Part shown: one piece after another, positions 31,048 through 43,854 of the stretch
How the letters are laid out: the number at the start of each line of letters is the position of its first letter
How positions within the stretch are numbered: the stretch's first letter is position 1
Source of the DNA: Antechinus flavipes
Lineage: Eukaryota
Direction: 5' to 3'
Length of the DNA: 64,000 bases
NCBI RefSeq assembly: GCF_016432865.1
Contig: NC_067400.1
Span: forward strand, 507,594,001-507,658,000
Translations under genes and position numbers: made by a program
The notes under the pieces: generated by a model
What the model was told of the DNA's origin: nothing
Seen by the model: only the letters and a program-made list of their open reading frames with translations
Databases searched by the model: none

Positions 31048-31739
31048 GACCTGGAAGCAAGTATGTGGAAAGACATACCTTCCCTGAGGAAAGGTTAATT
31101 GGGAGATACTAAGGCGTTTATATGGCATAAACAAGATTTTAAAATGGTATCCTTTCCATTTTAAAACGGCACACTAAATACAACACTAACTGAAGGCCTT
31201 AAACTGTGTAACATTTTAATTCCTTGCTATGGAGGTTAAAAAAATAAGGGCATTTATAAAAACGTTGATTGTGATTCCCCCTTCGCAATTCCCTCTCTGC
31301 TTCCCACAGTGCCTATCTTTCCCACTCCAGTCCCATCGGTGACTGTCATCTGATTCCAAGGAATTGAAAGGCCAGCAGCCATCTTCTTTTGGTCTGGGGA
31401 ATGAGACGGTAAGAGCTGACCGCTTGGCGGAGCGAGCATTCTCGGTAATGCCCCTTGACCCTTTCTCCACCGCACCCCCACACCTCCCTAAGCCCTTCTG
31501 GCCCCTCTCTGTGGGGAATCTCTCCTAGTCCTGAGGCTCCCCACTCACAAAGCCTAAGATCGAGAGGACACTTGCTCCCCAGCATCTTTGCGCCCGCCCT
31601 CGTAGCATCAGACCTGTCTTTTCTGCCCTGCCTCAGTTTCTCTACGCACTCCTCACCCTTCTCCCTTATTACTCCCTCTATTTTGTCCTCAAGACTTCCT
31701 GGGAAAGAGGAAAAGAAGGGGATTTAGAGCTCCTGATCC

Positions 31740-32660
31740 ACTCACGGCCTCGACCACTTCCGAGAGACTAGACAGTCAGACTGATTCACTGATCTTACTG
31801 CTCGCGCCCCAGCTGCCGTGGTTACCACGGCAACCAGCCGCGGTGCAACGCCTAACTGTGCCCGGGGAACGTCTGCGCATCTCTGCGCTCCTCGCACCCG
31901 GTTCCGAGTCCAACTTCGGCCCACACTAGCTTGGGAGGCTCTCCGGGCCGCTCCGGCATTGTTTCTCTGGGCCAGACGCTGTTATATTGATACTCCTCGA
32001 GAGATACTTCTTCGCTCTTAGCCTAGGGAGAGTCCCGCGAAATCTCGTGTTAAGGGTGGAGGTGATGAAGGGTACAGGACTTCCGAAGGGGAAGAATTTC
32101 TCAGTACACTAGGGAAGTACTTCCTACTTCCGGCCAGCACTGGAAGGTGGTCCTAGACTCTTCCCTCCCCTGCTTGCCCCGGGACTCCGGAGCTCACGGT
32201 ATGGGGATGAGTGTGGGCACTGGGCTGCGGAGCCCGAATCTCGGTCACTGAGTCGCCGAATCCCAGCCGCTTTTCTACGGAGGGATCTCGAAGCATCCTA
32301 CGGAATTCGGCGGAATTTGGGGAAAAGGAAGGGGTCGGAGCTTCGGTGGGGGAGGGATCCCGTGGGTGGGCGGTGACCCTTTCCCTCCGCCCCAAGGTCG
32401 CTGAGGGTGGGGCGAGGAGCCCTAGGACACCCACCCTTGTCTGGAAAGTTGGGCCAGAATCCCGGCTACTCCGTGGAGAGCCTACCCCCTAGGCGCTCCC
32501 GAAGCCTCCTGATCCTGTCCCCATTGTGCAGACGCATAAACTGAGGGCCAGGGAAGGGAAGTTATTGAAGTCTTAAGTACGGCTGGGGTAGGGTCGTAAA
32601 TAGCGGGATTGGGATTTGAACCAGGCCCAGAACTCCTGATGCGGAGCTCGCCTTGCTGCC
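31740..32660. promoter_or_regulatory. CpG island, bidirectional promoter PIH1D2/NKAPD1
   Basis: CpG-rich stretch between divergent genes; X-box at 31821-31834; ETS cores at 32079-32133. Confidence 0.85.
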
Positions 32661-33443
32661 GCTTCTGACCTCAGGCACCTGTTTTCACGTGTCCTAGGAA
32701 AGTTTGTAGGACCGTGATTCTGCGCCTCCCCCAAATAGGTGGGTGATTTCTCGGGGAGTTGGAGGAAGTGAAGGGCTGTGTACAGTTGTGGAATCGTAGC
32801 TTCAAGGCCTTACTATTCTTGTAAACGTTGAACTAGACCCTTAGTGTCTTGGGTTCTGTGGACACAATAGGCAAGGAGAATTCACCTAAAGGGAGAACAG
32901 TGGCCCCCTCTGATATGCTTAAAGGATGTCAGGTGTTGCAGTTGCTTTTGACGGTCAGAGTATTTGCCCTGTAGGGACCGATAGCAAATAAACGGGATGG
33001 GAACGGGATGGGATTCTGGTCATGGCTTTGGCATTGATTTATTTACTTTGGGCAAGTAATTAAAACTCTAGGATCCAGGTTCTTGAGTTGTCAAATAGGG
33101 TTGCGTATCTGCCCCATTTCTCATGGATTCAGTTTGTCAGAGCTTAAAAAAAAACTTTAAAAATTAAGTCATTATCTTCATCTGTAAAATGAAAGGCTTG
33201 GATTAGACATAAAAGTTTCATCTGAATTCTAAATGCTGTGATCTTAATTTGAATTTAATCCAGCTCCCGTGTCTTGTAGATGAGGAAACTGAAGCCCAGA
33301 AAAGAAAAATTACTTACCCTCTAAAGAGTAGTTGTGAGACTACAATGAAATGATGGACCTAACATTCGAAAAACATACATGTGTAATGTATTATAGAAGA
33401 TATTATTCTTATGATGGTGTCTCTATATATTTCAGGTTGAATA

Positions 33444-33512
33444 ATGTCTCGAATCCCTCTGGGGAAAGTCCTTCTGAGAAATGTTATTCGGCACACAGAT
33501 GCTCACAATAAG
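33444..33512 (+). CDS. NKAPD1: NKAPD1 first coding exon
   Basis: [23 protein letters not shown]; acceptor at 33435, donor gtagga. Confidence 0.95.
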
Positions 33513-36500
33513 GTAGGAGGACAGTGTTGCTGTGTCTGGGAGGTCTTTCTTTAATCTCTGTGTTTTGGTTTAGTGTGGAATTCTTAGATTCGTCATATAT
33601 TATTTTATAATTTAGAAGACTGTTAAAAGAAGTTAGATAAGCAATAGCAGGGGAACTAGCCAGGAACCTGAGAGTAGGTGTAAATCTGGCCTCATGCCAG
33701 CCTTGATCCCCTTAGGGGTTAAGCCTTCTTTTCCAAAGAAACTGCTTTAACCATGATACTCAGGCATGTTTTAAAGTATTTCCTCCTCCCTTTTCCCTCA
33801 CCAAAGCTTTCATTATCAGGAGCCTATCATTGGTGAAGGCAGGAGCATGCTGTCTCTGAAACCAGATCTTTCTTTCTCCCTTCTCCATCAGTAGATGTGG
33901 ATAGAGAGCACTACCTTCTCAGCCCTCTATACAGCCCTCAGATCTGCCATTAGGATCATATTCAGAACCAGAACATTAGACACCAGGCTTAACCAGGAAT
34001 CATGTGCATCTCTATATTTAGGGTATTTTCTAGATTTGCATCAATTTCTGACATGTTAGGATAAGGCAAAGAAACTGATGCTATTTGTTGAGTAGTCAGG
34101 CCCCTTTGGACCCCATCACCAGGTATTTATCAACCCAGTCTCCTTAGTGGATTAGACCTTTGCTTCTGTGACTTTTTGAGAGAGTAAAGCCTAGGGTTGT
34201 CTTCCATGATCAAAGGACCATAGTGTAAAGGAGCAACTCATCATTTGTGTTCCCCCATCCTCTAAGATATCTCCCTAATAACTGTAATTTCTGCCAAGTT
34301 TTTTTTCCACCACTCATTTCAATCTCATCACTATCTAGCTCAGCCTGGTCCTTCCCTAGTTCCTATCCTTCTTTGTCTTCTCTTCCATACAATTATTAGC
34401 CAACTTCCTCTCATTCCAGACTTCTCTTTTCACTTCCTTCCCTCTCAAGGTCTGATGCTCCTTCTCCTCTGCCCCTTCATACATCAGGCTAGGAGAAAGA
34501 TGGGCACACTCTTTGTTCTTTGTGACCCTTTTGTCTGTCATTGTCTTTTGGTAGGTTCTCCTCCTTTTGGGGTCATTCCCTCTGGCCAAATCACAGGATG
34601 TAATGAGAGATAGCAGCATTGTACAATAGAAGGAATACTGGATTTATAGTTGTAAAGTGTGAATTCAGATCCTTACTGCTACATTTCCCATCTTACTCTG
34701 GGCAATCACTTCCCTTTTGTTCCTTAGTCTCCTCATTTGTAAAATGATGGGGTGGGGCTCAATAGCCTCTTGAAATTCATGCCAGCCCCAAAGTTATGAT
34801 CTGATGAACTCTAATAGAGTCCTAATTAAGATCTCTTCCTACTTTAAAGGATCAGAACCTCTGAAGATGTTTTAGATCTTCATTGCAATTATCTGCTGGT
34901 CTCCAGTTATTCTCTCCCATTTTTTAGGTTGTCACTCCATCGTGCCTAGTTATGTGACTCTGGACAAGTAACTTTGCCTCTGGGCCCCAGCTTACTCATC
35001 TGTAAAATGAGGAAGTTGGATTTCATTTAAAGTCCCTTCCAGCTTTAAATATGTCATCATTCATTACTTGGATCATATACTTCATTCACTATAAGTTCAT
35101 TATTTGGCTCAAAGTCTAGTTCTCTACATTAACCTCTGCCCTCATATCAAACATCATGACGTCTTACTTTATTGGTTTCCTCTCTTCTTATGACCTGTGT
35201 GTTTCACCTGGTTCAAGCTCTTGTCATCATCATCTATAAATATACAATGTCTGTGATTCTCCACTCTCAATTTTCACTCCAGTTTAACATCTGTTCTTCC
35301 ATCTCTGTTCCTGCTTCATTCCTTCTAAACCTGTTGTAAGAAGTCACCATGATTTTCAGTTCTTTCATTCCTCCCTGATTTCTTAGTCCATCACTCTTCT
35401 GTCACAGTCTTCACCTGTAGCTAACTATATATACACTATCGTCTCCCCTTGAATCTTTTGTTTGATTGCTGTACCCATTTTGTTAGACCATATGCTTTTC
35501 CTCATCTTCTGCTGAACATTGTGAGACTGATAATTTCTGGTAGGCTCTTAATCCTGAGACAGGATACTTTTATCCCTTCCAGATTAACTCTCTATTTCAG
35601 TCATCTTTGAAGCTTCCTACAACACTCCTGCTTTTCTCTATGGAAAGAATATCTTACCTCTTGCTTAGAAAATTAAGGGAACTAAGAAAATTAAAGCCAT
35701 TCATTGCAAATTTTCTTTTTGTCTTTTCCACTTTGCAAAATTTGACAGTTATCATCCTCTTTCTTCTTTGTTGTTTTTTTTGTCCTTCGTTCTTAAAAAG
35801 GACCATCATATCAGGGAGGGGATGCTATGACATGGGTTTAAGTGAGGGAGGGCTAGTCAAGGTCACCTGCTTCCCAGAGCCTTCTAGGTCCAGCAGCCAG
35901 ATATAGATCAGGATGGCTGGAGATGGTCCTGAAAGCAGTGGTAAACTTTGTTTATTTTAAGCCAAGGTCTTTAATAGGTCTCAGTTTGACTAAGGTTGTA
36001 CCCATTCAGTGATCATATTCATTCTCCCTCCCCTCCCTCTTTTCTCTGTAGTTTTTTTTGGGGGGAGACTGCCTCCAGCAGCCATTTTTATTTTTAGAAG
36101 CAGTATAGCATAGGGATAAAGCGCAGGACTTATAGCCATAACTCCGTGGATTCAAATCATCTGATACCAGCTCTGAAGCTTGTTAGCTGTGTGATCGTGC
36201 CAGTCATCTCAGTTCAGGCAATACACTTCTTCAAGGTTGAAGGGTCTCATCAGACCTATGGTCTTTGTAGTTGATCAGATGCATTGAAAATAAATCAAGG
36301 CTGTACCATAATAGTGTAATACATTGTAATTGTGGTGTTTTTTGGTAAATTTGTCTTCATTAGAGATCTTTTATAATATGTCTGTTCCCTTATAACACTT
36401 ATAGTGTCATTTTTATTTGCTTTTTTGGATCATTTTCAGATTCAGGAGGAGACAGATATGTGGAAGATAAGAGAACTGGAGAAACAAATGGAAGATGCTT

Positions 36501-39500
36501 ATCGGGGGTCACAAAGGAGAATATTACCCAGGAGCTCGAGGTGGATTTACAGCTTCAAGAATTAAAATAATGCTAAAGAAGGTTTTCAAAATCACCCACT
36601 TGTGTTTAAAAACAACTTAGTTTCTTCAGGCTAGTAGGCATAATTCCATAATCATTTCTTTTTAGTCATTGATTAGTTTGCATATTTTGAACCCAGAGAA
36701 TGCATTGATTTAGTGACTTTAGCTCTGATTTCATTCACTTGCAATCATGTATATTATCAAAAGTTGAAAATTGCTCCACAAAAATGGGCAGGGTCTTAGG
36801 GTTCTGCAGTCTTCATTTTTACCTTTGTATCTTTAGTTGGTTCTTTCATTACATCTTGTAATTGTCTGTTACGGGTCTTGCCCCATTTCTCATCTGCTTC
36901 ATCTATTCTTGAATACATAATCTCATCCCTACTCAGCTATTTAAGTATGATTGTGTAGAGTTGTATGAGTACAAGGGCCCACCAGTCCTTAAGTGTTTGG
37001 CTGTGTGGGAATGGTCATTGATCTCACAGATTACCAGTTGTCCACTTAATTAAAAATATGTGCCAGAAATCTGTACTAGCAGGCTTTTAAAAATATAAAA
37101 AACATAATTTCTTTGATTTGTTTATGCATTACAAGGGATTTTATTTTAATTTGGCAGTCTACTACTTTTTTTCTTAAAATTCTTTTCACTTCAGTTGCTC
37201 AATTTAAAATGGCATTTCTGGTAACATAAAATAGTATGCTTTTTTTATATGTAGAAACTATGTTGATATGGATCTCTAGTGAAAGAGTTCTTTATTCTAA
37301 TTGATTCTAGGGAAGATTAGGTGAAATTGGCAGTAGTCTAGAAGTGATCTAATTGCTTGTTTCTGGATTCTACTATGCATTAACATAGAGTAGAGCAAAT
37401 AATATGTTATTTCCACTATACAGTTGAAGAATAACCCAAAGAGATGCAGCCTTTCATAGAGATGATTCTCATCAAATGAAGGCTTCTCTTTGCTTGTTTT
37501 GTAAACCTTGTATCATGTTCTAGAGAAACTGTAGAGATTATTATTATTTTTAAATGTTTTTATCATAGCTTTTTATTTACAAAAAAAATGCATGAGTAAT
37601 TTTTCAACAGTGACCTTTGCAAAACCTTCTGTTCCAAATTTTCTCCTCCCCCACATCACCTCCTCTAAATGGCAGGTATTCCAGTACATGTTAAAATATA
37701 TGTTAAGTACAATATATGTATACATATGCATACAGTTATCTTGCTGCACAAGAAAAATCAGATCTAGAAAGAAAAAACCTGAGAAGGAAAATAAAAATGC
37801 AAGCAAACAACAACAGAAAGAGTGAGAATGCTATGTTGTATTCCACACTCACTTCCCACGGTCTTCTCCCTGGGTGTAGATGGTTCTCTTCATTGCTGAA
37901 CAATCAGGACTGGTCTCAATCATGTACAGATAATTTCTAAAGCTAAATGTGAGTCTGCTTTCTATCCTAGCCGAATGCGAAGTGATGGTTTTGACGAAGA
38001 AAGCCATCGAGTCTATTGGAGGACGAAGCAAGAAATTCCTGGGACATTTGAAGATGATTTACTTAGGACTCGATCCTGGAATAGAAAGCTATATAATTAT
38101 GAGGCCAACATGCCAGACAGGTTTGTGACCAAAATACTGTTTTAGTGATTTTGCTCTTAAAATTCCATTGTACCAGTGTAGGTGTCAGATCCATATGTCG
38201 GCTAGGTTATCCTTACATTTAAGAGAAGGAAATTTCAGGCCATAAAGGTGATAGGACTTGTTAGATGTCATATTCGTTAAATGCAAGAGGTGGGGCCCAA
38301 ATATTGTTCTTTTGATTTTAATCTAATATTACTTCATCATACAGAGTTCTATTTTGGAAAACATCCTTGTGTTTTAGCAACTTGCTGAATAGTAATTTCA
38401 GGGTTGTGTCCCTGAGTTGGTGCTATCAAAGAGTCATTTAATGTTTCTCAATGATTCAAGGATTGGTAAATTTTCATATGAACAAAAGAGCCCACTATCT
38501 GTAAATTTTTGCCTCAAATAAATAAATAAATGCTTAAGAGAGTGGAAAAGCTCACTAGATTGGGAATTAGGAGACCTAAATTTAAGCCTCGACTTTACCA
38601 CTGCCTTGCTAAAAGATTTTGAGGAAGTTCTTCAATTCTAGGCTTTTTATATTTTCATTTGTAAAATAGATGTTGGACTGTATATCGCTTAATCCTCCAA
38701 TCTCTGTAGTCTGATTCCATGAATTGGCATTCTCATGTTTTCTTTTCTTTTTTTTTTTCCTTTCAGTCCTAGTGTTCTAATATTTAATTTCTGAACATAT
38801 AGGGCATTTCTTTGTCATTTTACAGATGGGGTCACAGTGGATATAAAGAACTGTATCCCGAGGAATTTGACACAGATAGGTGAGTTCTGTTGGTTTACTA
38901 AGAAAGAAAAGAAAAGTCCATCTATTTTGAGTTGCTAAGCTGTGTTTTTTTTGTTTTTTGAATAAAGGATGTGTGAAATCATTTGCCTTTGTCCACATGA
39001 TCAGAGACACTTGTGACTACTTCAGTAGGGGAAGGCAGTGTGTTACTGGCTACTGCTTTTTGGTGTTTCCAAATGGCTCTGCAATTATTTTGACTTATTC
39101 CTTGTAATTCCAGTGAAATAGGGTAGTTATTTTTACCCTTATTTTAGAGGTAAGAAAACAAAAGACCCAAAGGGGAAATAAATCACTTTGTCACTTAGCA
39201 ACCCCTTTGGCAAGTTGGAAATGGAACCCCAAGTCTTAGCTCAATTCCTTGCTTAGGCTTTTAACCAATGCTGTATCTCAAGTCCAAATGAAAAATATTA
39301 AAGCTTAAGTAAAATGCTGTTTCTGTCACATTTATCTTTTTTTTTTCTTCTATTCATAGTGATCAGCAAGATGCTATTAATGGAAGAAACACACCTCCCC
39401 AGGAAAAGTCATCTACTCATGAGTCTCATAAACGTAAGAAGTCAAAGAAATCCCACAAAAAAAAACAAAAAAAACGGTCACACAAAAAACAAAAGAAAAG

Positions 39501-39867
39501 CAAAAAGGAAGCCACAGATAGAGCTGCAGATTCCTCAAGTGAATGCTCAGGAGAAACTCAGGTTTCCAGTGCTAGGAAAGGGAAACAGTCACATAAGCGA
39601 AAGAAAAAGTCAAGGAAAAAGGCCCCTAAGAAACCTGCTTCTTTCTCAGAGTCAGAAAGTGATTCTTCTCATCCACATGATTCAGCATCCAGTAGTTCTG
39701 AGGAAAGTGAGGAAAAAGACGCCAAGAAAACCAAAAGGAAAAAGGATCAGAAAGTTCACATCACCCCAACAAAAAGGAAGAGTGAGGTACAAGAGAGGAC
39801 CAGCAAACGAAAGAACTGGAAGGTGGCCCCAGATGAAAAGACGGATGAGAGCTCTGAGGAGGACTAA
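33444..39867 (+). CDS. NKAPD1: NKAP domain-containing protein 1 (C11orf57), coding exons 33444-33512,36440-36540,37971-38120,38826-38879,39360-39867
   Basis: 882 nt = 293 aa + [49 protein letters not shown]..., [22 protein letters not shown], Lys/Ser-rich tail; syntenic position. Confidence 0.95.
36440..36540 (+). CDS. NKAPD1: NKAPD1 coding exon 2
   Basis: [33 protein letters not shown]; weak donor gtggat. Confidence 0.9.
37555..37925 (-). mobile_element. L1 3'UTR fragment
   Basis: Antisense of the L1 3'UTR type seen at 30000-30280 and 51800-52095. Confidence 0.65.
37971..38120 (+). CDS. NKAPD1: NKAPD1 coding exon 3
   Basis: [11 protein letters not shown]...YEANMPD. Confidence 0.94.
38826..38879 (+). 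CDS. NKAPD1: NKAPD1 coding exon 4
   Basis: [17 protein letters not shown]. Confidence 0.95.
39360..39867 (+). CDS. NKAPD1: NKAPD1 last coding exon
   Basis: DQQDAINGR...[27 protein letters not shown]...DESSEED*; read from 39361, a different frame from the track ORF at 39314. Confidence 0.93.
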
Positions 39868-42490
39868 ATGGAGGAATGCTTCACTCTCCATGTTTCCCAG
39901 GTGACCCCTTGGACTTGACAGATGTGGCAGGGACCCTCTCGTTAGAACAAGTAGCCCACGTGGGTAGGAGCTGCTTTGTGCCATCCAAATCCTTACCAAT
40001 GGATTTTCTCCTATTTGAGCCTGTTAAAACTTGATCCCCTTTTATTAGTAATGGGGAAGCTGTTAGTTTTTGTAATGAAGGTTTCTTGAAGAGATTATTT
40101 TTTGCAATTAGCCACACTCAGTCTCATGCACACTATTCCCCAAATCAGAGGAAAGAGAAGCCAGTAATTTGGGAGCTCCCACTAAAGTGCTCAGTTTGGG
40201 GGAAGCAGGTGTTAGGTCCAAGAGGACAGTGTGGAAAGATGATTTTGCTTTGTTGACTAGCCCCAAGTGCAGATGGTATGACCTCAAAGAATTCAACAAG
40301 GAAATTGTGGGGCCTTAAATGTTTAATCACTTCAAATAATCTTCCTCTGACCTTCCTATAACAGGTGTTATACCATACCTGGCTCTTCATTCTCAGCCTT
40401 GGTGCCTTTGATCCTTAGATATGTATATCTAGACCCCAGTTTGGTTTTAATATCGAAGTTTTAGTCCTATTCTGGCTGGCCCAGTGTACTTGAGGAAATG
40501 GGCACAGGAACAAGCCTTTTTCCTTTGCAATAAAAACTACAGGCAGCTGTCACCAGAAAGGAGTGGGGCTTTCTTGGTACATTTCCCAATTAAGTAGGGC
40601 CCAGAAACCTGTTTTCTTTATAACTCTCCCCTTCCCCCCCCCCTCCCCCAAGCCTGAATAAGGCAGTAAAAATCTCAGCTGTACTGTTACATTTTGCCTG
40701 ATTTTAATTTTTATGTGAAGTTCTTTTGGCTATGTAAGAGTCCTAGTTTGAATGGGGTCAAAATAGGATCTAACCATGCTGTCTAGTTGTGTGCCCTGAA
40801 CAGGATGCAGGACACTGATATCATTTAAATAGTTTTGTCTTTCTTTGTTTTTGTCTCCAAGTCTGTAAATGAATTCCAGATTTCACCTTTAACTAGAAAG
40901 TCAGGTCAGCTCCAAAATAATGTAGGTCTCTCAGGGACATATTTGCCTCTTCCCAGCCCTCCAGAGGACTCAAAATATCTTTATCCTGTCCCACTCTTTT
41001 TCTCTCAGTAAAGAAAGTTGGGCTATTTCATTTTGTTCCATTGGGACCTAGAGGTGTTTCAAATAAGGTTTTCTTGGGGGTATAGTTAGAAGCAGGAGTG
41101 ATGTGGACTATCCTTTCTGTTTCCTAAATTCTGTGATTTAATTGATATAATATAGCTAAACTTTGACTCACTTAGAACAGATATTTAACTTATGGTGTTG
41201 TGTAGCTGTTATTGAGTCTGAGAACTAAAACTAAGCCTAACCTGGCCCTACCATTATTGATTATATTTGTGAGGTCCTAAACAAGTCATTTAACCTCTTG
41301 TGCCTCATTTTCCCCATTCTTAAAAGTGGGAATAATCCTGACTTTATAGGGAATATTATAGACAACAGAGGGAAAAATAATGGGATACACCTTACAATGA
41401 TAGAATATAATTTTTCCACATAACACCTAAAATTCTGTAGGTATGAATTATTTCTAAAAACCTTTAAAAAATATCCTACAGCCTACAGAATTAACCTGCA
41501 AATATATCTTTGAGCAAAGGCCCTCCGTCCACTGGCTAACCAGTAGGTGCTACCTTTTTTGGACATCTATATGACTAACTCTTCTGACTCCAGTTTATGT
41601 ACTTTTTGCCAACTCACTAAATGCCAGTTTTTAATCAGGAATTTTTTTGAAGGGAAGGCCTATTACTTGGCAGAGATTTTAGAGGTAGGAGATTCTAAAA
41701 TGACAATCCCTTAACAGTATTTTCTGTGATTCTTTAAGAAATGGATCCTAACTGGTATTGTCTTTTGGTCATTTTTTTCAACATTGCTTTTTGCACCAAG
41801 CTTATTCTAGGTACTTGACAAATTAGGAAGAGTCTCTAGAAGTTTGTACTCTCCCATGAGCCAAGAGTCTTTTCTCTTACTTGCAGCTTTCTTTTTCTAG
41901 TTAATGTGTTCTTCTGCAGCTTGTTTTTTATTTTTGGTCACATTTATTTGTATGTGAGCATACAGGAGTAAAGGGGCTGCCTTTGCTCTCTACTGCCTTC
42001 TAAACTCCAAATTTTCCTTTTCTAAGTCTCATTGACTTCTAAAGTTCTTCCAGTTCCTGAGGAAAAGGCTCAGGGTGGCTTTTAAATCCACTGTCTCCCA
42101 TTTGCACTACCAGCATTGGAACCCTGTTTTTTTTTCCTTTGATAAGTGTTTTGGGATTTTCAGACAGTCAGGGATCTCTAAACCCTGAGGTAGGATTTTA
42201 AAAAAAAAATAAAGTAATTAAGACCAAGGTTGAGGGGGGGGGGGGTCATATTTATCAAATAAATGATGTAATGCAATCTGGAATTCCAAAATTCCAAATA
42301 AAGAGATTTCACTTTTTGAACATTTCATTCTTTTAAAATAAATACAGGTTTAGCCACAGATCCCAAGTTGATCTGTTCATGATTTCTTTACCCTTTCATA
42401 GACTTCTCCTATGGTACATAAACTGTTCAGTTACAGATCTTTTTGTTTTTCCATTCATTTCCCCCACTTAGGGCAGCGATAAGGGTTCTC

Positions 42491-42658
42491 CTACTGGCTT
42501 CCTTTCTGTACAAGCTGAGCAAATCGACTTGTGATGGTGAGAGTGGTATCAATGAATCGGTCCACACAACTAGCCAGGCAATTTTCAGTTCTGGAATCTA
42601 GACGACTTCCTGGTTTTTCAACACATTTATCCCAGCACAAATCCATGAAATGGTGTAC
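42491..42658 (-). CDS. TIMM8B: TIMM8B exon 2
   Basis: CWDKC and CLASC motifs, TAG stop. Confidence 0.97.
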   Translation of the reverse strand, partial: VHHFMDLCWDKCVEKPGSRLDSRTENCLASCVDRFIDTTLTITSRFAQLVQKGSQ

Positions 42659-43854
42659 CTGAGGAAGAAAGTCATTATTAATTAGTGTAGGGGAATAGCC
42701 AGTACTTCTCTTACCTCTTTTCTGGTTTTCCCTTTTCCTTTCATTTGCTCAGACTTAAGTCATCTTTGATACTTCTCTTTCCTTTGCCTTTATTTCTTAC
42801 CAATTTTTCAAAATGTCTCTCAGACTCATGCCTGGCCTGTGTTTTCACGGCCATTCACCTTGCTCAGATCCTTGTTATTTCATGCTTAAAACTGCTGAGA
42901 TAGTTTTCTGTCTCTCCATATATTTTGTACATTGTTGCTACATTATTCTATTTAAAATTTTGTTTCCCCTGTCACTTGTTTTTCAAGTATCTCTAAGAGC
43001 AATTGTCTACAGGAATATAGATCCAGCACCTGGGAATGCAAGTTTTGCCACTTACTACTGTGTGACCTTGGGCAGCCACAACGTCTCTGGACCTTTGGTC
43101 CATAAGGGGGAGGGGAATTGGTAATTTTAAATCCTAAATCTGCGGACCTAAACCCAAATTCTCTTTCTACTGGTCCAGCCCACACCCGCGATTAACAACT
43201 CATAAATAGCAGATACGATGTACATCCTGTTGACTCTTCCTTTTTAGCATCCTCCCCCCCTCTATATCAGTCACACCTTAATTTAATCACAGCTAACAGA
43301 CTCCGCACCCACTTCAGGCCTGCTGCACCGCCCACACAATTTAACGCTGCACTCGGGGTGGGCTCCAGCAGGAGCGCTCTCCTTTATTCTCCCCCAAACA
43401 GAACTCTTTCCTCTCTTTTAAATTACCTCCCCTTTATTGGGGTTGTGTAAGACACGCTTTCCGACTTCAAACTTGAAAATTAATTTAACTAATTACCCTG
43501 TGTGACCTTGGAAAGAAAACCCACTCGGGACACAATGAGAGGGGGATGGGGTTGGATTGTATTAGATCCCCTTTAAAACGCTAATCCCTGCGAATCCTCC
43601 CTCTCCTCTAACCCGGAGAGCCCCCGGCGCCTGCCTGCCTCGCACATCCCACCAAGGAGGGCCTGGCTTAGATGCAGCAGCAGCCGCCTCGTGGTAGGCT
43701 GTTCACTCTAGCATTTGCACCTACCCCCAACCTGAGCCCTCCTTTATTACCCAGTCCTAAGTCTCAGTACCTGTGCAGTGAACTGCGCCTTCTGCTGCTC
43801 TGCCGCCACCAAACGCTGTAATTCAGCCTCGTCGGCCTCGGCCAATTCCGCCAT
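42491..43854 (-). CDS. TIMM8B: Mitochondrial import inner membrane translocase subunit Tim8B, exons 43854-43771 and 42658-42491
   Basis: 252 nt = 83 aa: MAELAEADEAELQRLVAAEQQKAQFTAQ/VHHFMDLCWDKCVEKPGSRLDSRTENCLASCVDRFIDTT...; twin CX3C motif. Confidence 0.97.
43771..43854 (-). CDS. TIMM8B: TIMM8B exon 1
   Basis: 28 codons, donor CAG/gtactg. Confidence 0.95.

Noticed and set aside
39314-39904. 196-aa track ORF over the NKAPD1 last exon
   Set aside because: Wrong frame; it starts in the intron's pyrimidine tract. The true frame starts at 39361, and A-rich Lys codons keep the neighbouring frame open.
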